A DNA stretch of 64,000 bases from the NCBI GenBank assembly GCA_030537815.1, contig JAUNVF010000002.1, positions 4,349 through 68,348 of the forward strand, read 5' to 3'. The notes beneath the pieces were generated by a model, which was not told where the DNA came from, searched no databases, and saw only the letters and a list, made by a program, of their open reading frames with translations. The stretch's first letter is position 1, and every line of letters begins with the position of its first letter. A program made the position numbers and the translations under genes. This stretch comes from Tissierellia bacterium. GTDB lineage: Bacteria; Bacillota; Clostridia; Tissierellales; Peptoniphilaceae. Of the stretch, positions 59,730-64,000 are shown one piece after another.

Positions 59730-60785
59730 ATGAAGAAAATTGCAAAGTTGATGGCTTTTATAATGGCTGTATCAATCATGATTTCCGGTTGTGCCAGTAA
59801 GCCTAAAGACGCGATAGCTAAAGTGAATGGGGATTATGTGACTAAAGAAGAATTCGATAGAGAATATAATATATTCAGAAAGATGCTTTACGGATTTATG
59901 ACTGATGAACAGATGGAAGAAGCTGACGAGCAAAGCGGTCAGTCGCCGAAGTCTCAACTCGAATCACAGATTACAGATGTCTTGGTCATGGACAAGATAA
60001 TGAAAGAAGAGCTAAAAAAGAAAAAAGCTGAAGTGACTGAAGAAGAAATCAAAAAAGGCAGAGAAGATATGATCGAACAGTCCGGAGGAGAAGAAAAGTT
60101 TAAAGCTCAACTTGAAGAAACAGGACTTACAGATGAAGATATTCAAAATGTAATAGCAAGGGGATTGAGACAAGAAAAGCTAATCGATAAATATATTGAA
60201 GAGCATCCTGTAACTGATGAGGAAGTAAAAAATCATTTCGAAGAGAATAAAGACAGATATGTTAAATATGATGTTGCACATATACTTGTAGATACAGAAG
60301 AAGAAGCTAAAGAAATTAAAAAGCAGATCGAAGAAGGAGCCGATTTTGAAGAAATAGCTAAAGAAAAATCAAAAGATGAAGGTACTAGTGCAAATGGAGG
60401 AAGTTTAGGGGAAGTAAATCTTCAAACTAATTTTGTTCCAGAGTTTTTGGAAAAAATGAAAGAAATGAAATCTGGAGAGATTTCAGAACCTGTTAAAACT
60501 CAATTTGGTTATCATATAATATATGTCAAAAATATAGCTGATAATCTAGATGATATTAAATCTGAAATTGAGAAAGAATTATCTTCAACTGAATTCCAAA
60601 AATATATACATGAACTTTATGAAAAAGCAGATATTGAAATCTACAAGCCAAAAACAGAAGTAGAAAATAAAACTGAAAGCAATAAGCAAGAAGATAAAGA
60701 AGGAAAAGATAAACAAGAACAGGAAAATACTGAAAGCCAAGAAAAAGAAGATAAAACTGAAGAAAATAAGTCGGATGATAATTAA
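59730..60785 (+). CDS. prsA: Foldase PrsA (parvulin-type PPIase lipoprotein)
   Basis: Lipobox ISGC, HILV, S.D.GT..NGG.LG, VKTQFGYHII. Confidence 0.9.
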   Translation: MKKIAKLMAFIMAVSIMISGCASKPKDAIAKVNGDYVTKEEFDREYNIFRKMLYGFMTDEQMEEADEQSGQSPKSQLESQITDVLVMDKIMKEELKKKKAEVTEEEIKKGREDMIEQSGGEEKFKAQLEETGLTDEDIQNVIARGLRQEKLIDKYIEEHPVTDEEVKNHFEENKDRYVKYDVAHILVDTEEEAKEIKKQIEEGADFEEIAKEKSKDEGTSANGGSLGEVNLQTNFVPEFLEKMKEMKSGEISEPVKTQFGYHIIYVKNIADNLDDIKSEIEKELSSTEFQKYIHELYEKADIEIYKPKTEVENKTESNKQEDKEGKDKQEQENTESQEKEDKTEENKSDDN

Positions 60786-60795
60786 TCATCTATAA

Positions 60796-60822
60796 ATAAA
60801 GGCCGCGTTTCGTGGCCTTTAT
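60796..60822 (+). terminator. Rho-independent terminator
   Basis: ATAAAGGCCGCG-TTT-CGTGGCCTTTAT. Confidence 0.7.
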
Positions 60823-60979
60823 AATATTTTAAATCTATATGAATAGCATTAAAAAGTTTATATTTAGAAATAAATAACGATTATCACTATCAGTCCCAAG
60901 TACTTAATAATGAAATGTAGATAATTATTAATAATTCGCAAATAGATGCAAAAAAATGTGGGAAAATAGCTATTTTTAG

Positions 60980-61008
60980 TTGAAATTTGCGAGTAAGTCG
61001 GGTATAAT
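60980..61008 (+). promoter_or_regulatory. Sigma-A promoter for hup
   Basis: TTGAAA-17 bp-TATAAT. Confidence 0.65.
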
Positions 61009-61129
61009 CATTATAGATTTAAAAGTGCTTTTCTAAATTTATAATTTAGTTTTAAACTTTTATTTCGATTTAATTAGGCAGTTATTATTTATATAGACAT
61101 GGCGCAAAAAAGAAGGAGGAGATAAGTTA

Positions 61130-61420
61130 ATGAATAAAGCTGAATTGTTAGCTAGTATTTCAGAAAAAAGTAACTTAACTAAAGTTGAATCAGAAAGAGC
61201 TTTAAATGCATTCCTTGAAACTGTTCAAGAGACTCTTGCAAAAGGCGAAAAAGTTCAACTAGTTGGTTTCGGAACATTTGAAGCTAGAGAGAGAAAAGCT
61301 AGGGAAGGAAGAAATCCTAGAGACCCTAAAGAAGTTATAAAAATTCCTGCATCTAGAGCACCTGTTTTTAAAGCAGGAAAATCATTAAAAGAAGCAGTTA
61401 ATAACAAGAAGAAAAAATAG
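61130..61420 (+). CDS. hup: DNA-binding protein HU
   Basis: MNKAEL, VQLVGFGTF, R.GRNP, PVFKAGK.LK. Confidence 0.97.
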   Translation: MNKAELLASISEKSNLTKVESERALNAFLETVQETLAKGEKVQLVGFGTFEARERKAREGRNPRDPKEVIKIPASRAPVFKAGKSLKEAVNNKKKK

Positions 61421-61509
61421 ATTTCAATAAATTGGAATCCAAATGGGCAAAGCCCATAAAACCAGGGCAGCTCTATAGAGCTGCTCTTTATGTATTTAAA
61501 GGAGCGATT

Positions 61510-61752
61510 ATGAGAATAGATCTTTTCTTGAAGAATTCAAGAATTATAAAAAGAAGGACGATTGCAAAGCAGGCCTGTTCTGCCGGAAGGGTATTGATCA
61601 ATGATAAGATGTGCAAAGCAGGAGACGAAGTAAATATTGGAGATATAATAGAAGTCAGATTTGGATCAAATAGTCCCAAATTCAGAGTGAAAGAGATTTT
61701 GTCCACTTCAAACAAAGACAATATGGATAAGATGGTCGAGGTAGTAGATTAG
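61510..61752 (+). CDS. RNA-binding S4 domain protein (YabO/RqcP)
   Basis: MRIDLFLKNSRIIKRRTIAK..C..GRV; ATG at 61510 after AAGGAG. Confidence 0.9.
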   Translation: MRIDLFLKNSRIIKRRTIAKQACSAGRVLINDKMCKAGDEVNIGDIIEVRFGSNSPKFRVKEILSTSNKDNMDKMVEVVD

Positions 61753-61907
61753 ATATAAGAGATGACAAGATTTAAACATGACCACAATTGGCAGAGGCGA
61801 CCAATGGCTTAAATCTATTTTAATATATTTTTTCATCCTTTTATGCCCCTTGTCTTTAATATATTTTCATTGTATAATTAGTACAATAGCAGAAATGGGG
61901 TGTGGTT

Positions 61908-62237
61908 ATGAATGGCAGGAGAAGAAGTCGACCTGTTAAGAAGAGCTTTGCGAGGAGAATATATCCTCTTGTCCTGATTGTCGGAGTGGTATTTTCAATT
62001 TATTTTATGAGCGTATTTATCGAACAATCTTATTCGATGGCGGACTTAAATAAACAGATTGAATTAAAACAAAATGAAGTTAAAGAATTGAACAAAGAAA
62101 TTTCTTCTCTCGAGGCTGAACTTGAAATAGCAGATACCCCGGAATTTATAGAAAAAGTTGCCAGAGAGAAATTGAAAATGGTTGGACCAAGAGATATTAT
62201 ATATCAAGATGAAGATCGACAGGATGAAGGAGAATAG
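61908..62237 (+). CDS. divIC: Septum formation initiator (DivIC/FtsB)
   Basis: Basic N-terminus, TM, coiled coil, FIEKVAREKLKM. Confidence 0.85.
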   Translation: MNGRRRSRPVKKSFARRIYPLVLIVGVVFSIYFMSVFIEQSYSMADLNKQIELKQNEVKELNKEISSLEAELEIADTPEFIEKVAREKLKMVGPRDIIYQDEDRQDEGE

Positions 62238-62252
62238 ATTTTATTATTTTAT

Positions 62253-62281
62253 TTGACAATGTCTAAATTTCAATATATAAT
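62253..62281 (+). promoter_or_regulatory. Consensus sigma-A promoter for the S1-domain gene
   Basis: TTGACA-17 bp-TATAAT, a perfect consensus. Confidence 0.8.
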
Positions 62282-62347
62282 GAACCAAAGTAATAGAAAT
62301 GTCTCAAGACATTTCTCAAATAAAATTTTAGGAGGAAATTGGTTTTC

Positions 62348-62773
62348 ATGTCGATTGCTATTGGAGACATACTGGAAGGTAAGGTTACGGGAATTACAAA
62401 TTTTGGAGCATTTGTCACTTTGCCTCATGGAAAAAACGGACTTGTACATATATCCGAAATCTCAAGGGATTATGTTGAGAAAGTCGAAGACTATCTGAAA
62501 AAGAACGATATCGTAAAGGTTAAGGTGCTTACTATTTCCGAAGATGGAAAAAAGATAAGCCTATCCATCAGACAGGCCGAGCCGCCTAAGAAGGCAGGAT
62601 CGGTACCACCTAAAGAGGTGATTTTAAATGAGCCCAAGCAAAGGGATATGTCATTTGAGGATATGATGGATCAGTTTATGAAAGATAGTAATGACAGATT
62701 CGATGACATAAAATCTCGAGACGGCAAAAGAGGGGTAGGTCAAAGGTTTAAGAGTAAGAAGACCAATATTTGA
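62348..62773 (+). CDS. S1 RNA-binding domain protein (YabR-like)
   Basis: GKVTGITNFGAFV, GLVHISE, ISLSI, SFEDMM..F.KDS. Confidence 0.92.
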   Translation: MSIAIGDILEGKVTGITNFGAFVTLPHGKNGLVHISEISRDYVEKVEDYLKKNDIVKVKVLTISEDGKKISLSIRQAEPPKKAGSVPPKEVILNEPKQRDMSFEDMMDQFMKDSNDRFDDIKSRDGKRGVGQRFKSKKTNI

Positions 62774-62853
62774 TTTTAAAAGCCGATGACAAATTAAGAT
62801 GATTTAATGGAATCATTTATTTATTAATATAAAAGCTGGATAAACGGCGATAA

Positions 62854-62889
62854 GGGCTGTTGGAGAATATTGTCATTCTGCAACAGCCC
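62854..62889 (+). terminator. Stem-loop between yabR and tilS
   Basis: GGGCTGTTG-G-AGAAT...ATTCT-G-CAACAGCCC, followed by ATTGTTTTT. Confidence 0.5.
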
Positions 62890-62909
62890 ATTGTTTTTAT
62901 GGAGAAAAA

Positions 62910-64000
62910 ATGTTAAAAAAAGTTTTGGATAATATAATCGAATATAATTTAATAGATAGAGACTATACTGTCATAGCAGGAGTATCGGGCGGTTACGACT
63001 CCATGGTCATGCTTCATTGCCTAATGAGGATAAAGGATATGATAGGCTTTGATATAGAAGTCGCTCATATAAATCATATGATAAGAGCTGAAGCCGACGG
63101 AGATGAAGAATTTGTAAGGCGATATGCCGAGTCGAATAAATTGACATTTTCTTCTAAGAGGGAGTCTATGGATAAACTCGCAGCGGATTTGAAGATCAGT
63201 TCAGAGGATGCGGGTCGCCGAATAAGATACTCTTTTTTCAATTCAATTTGCGATAAAAAAGAAAAAGCAGTAATTGCGGTAGCTCATAATCTCGATGATC
63301 AGGTGGAGACTGTATTGCTGAATATGATGAGAGGGTCGGGCCTTAATGGTCTGACTGGTATGAGATTTAAATCTGGGAATATAATCAGACCTCTGCTTAG
63401 TATCAGTAGATCCGAGATCGAAGAATACGCTAAAGATAATTCTATAGATCATAGGGAGGATATTACAAATCGACAATCGATTTACAGGAGAAATTCCATA
63501 AGAAATAAACTCATTCCTTTTATCGAAGAAGAATACAATCCAAATATAAAAAAGACGATATTTAATATGAGTGATTTGATTACCGAACAAATGGATATAA
63601 TTGATAGGGTTACAGAAGAAAATTTAGATAGAATTCTGGTGGGTAAAACTGAGAGTCATTATATACTGTATAGGGATGAATTTAATGATTGCGATGAGGC
63701 TTTGAGGAATAATATCCTAAGAAAGATCATTATGGATTTAAAGGGGACTTTAGATGGTTTTGAGAGAAATCATTTAGAGCAGTTTACAAAAACTGCCAAG
63801 GCAAAAACCGGAAAATATATGAATATTAATAATATAAAAGTTTCCAATATATATGATAAAATAAAAATAGGAAAAGAGGATTTTTTAGAATCTGATAAAA
63901 AAAGAGAAATCATAATAAGTACATCTGCCCCAGGGAGATATAAATTTGGCAGATATGAGATTGAGATAAGTATAATCGACGGGTATTCATATAAAAAAAT
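62910..64000 (+). CDS. tilS: tRNA(Ile)-lysidine synthetase, 3'-truncated by window edge
   Basis: MLKKVL...GVSGGYDSM, AHINH.IR, AGRRIRY, VAHNLDDQVET, IRPLL; expected position after yabR. Confidence 0.95.
   Translation, partial: MLKKVLDNIIEYNLIDRDYTVIAGVSGGYDSMVMLHCLMRIKDMIGFDIEVAHINHMIRAEADGDEEFVRRYAESNKLTFSSKRESMDKLAADLKISSEDAGRRIRYSFFNSICDKKEKAVIAVAHNLDDQVETVLLNMMRGSGLNGLTGMRFKSGNIIRPLLSISRSEIEEYAKDNSIDHREDITNRQSIYRRNSIRNKLIPFIEEEYNPNIKKTIFNMSDLITEQMDIIDRVTEENLDRILVGKTESHYILYRDEFNDCDEALRNNILRKIIMDLKGTLDGFERNHLEQFTKTAKAKTGKYMNINNIKVSNIYDKIKIGKEDFLESDKKREIIISTSAPGRYKFGRYEIEISIIDGYSYKK

Noticed and set aside
996-63590. Numerous short ORFs antisense to or nested in long genes (e.g. 3994-4362, 12837-13310, 22461-22892, 47099-47617, 63243-63590)
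   Set aside because: Shadow frames of well-supported genes, with no RBS or protein motifs.

Overview
Low-GC anaerobic Firmicute chromosome segment. Gene content and style point to Tissierellia/Peptoniphilaceae-like cocci (inference). Bases 1-~14.8 kb are an accessory, partly decayed region lying downstream of a tRNA-Pro(CGG). It holds an FtsX-type ABC exporter, a relic MOBQ mobilisable element (DUF3847 gene, nic-like site, frameshifted MobA/MobL), an IrtAB/YbtPQ-like ABC pair with a Fur-like box, a MATE pump, a large membrane-anchored protein with a papain-like Cys-His-Asp motif set, an orphan lacC and an AraC/ABC-ATPase deletion scar. The rest is mostly core genome: pcrA-ligA-gatCAB; an RpiR-PTS-nanE operon; nadE; a CWB2 polysaccharide deacetylase; a nim-like/hcpR/hcp-DUF1858/hemerythrin nitrosative-stress cluster; argF; hutU; a FecCD/MolBC-type importer with an NTPase; nrdDG with NrdR boxes; sortase; murC; and glmU-prs-pth-mfd-prsA-hup-yabO-divIC-yabR-tilS without the usual sporulation genes. 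No CRISPR array, prophage or intact IS was seen. The most unusual signals are strong TCGA over-representation in native DNA, two covarying homologous hairpins beside the oriT, several loop-less perfect palindromes (34-52 bp) at gene ends and a ~100-nt multi-hairpin element at 7945-8043. All counts are by hand and all family assignments are by motif recognition, not database search.
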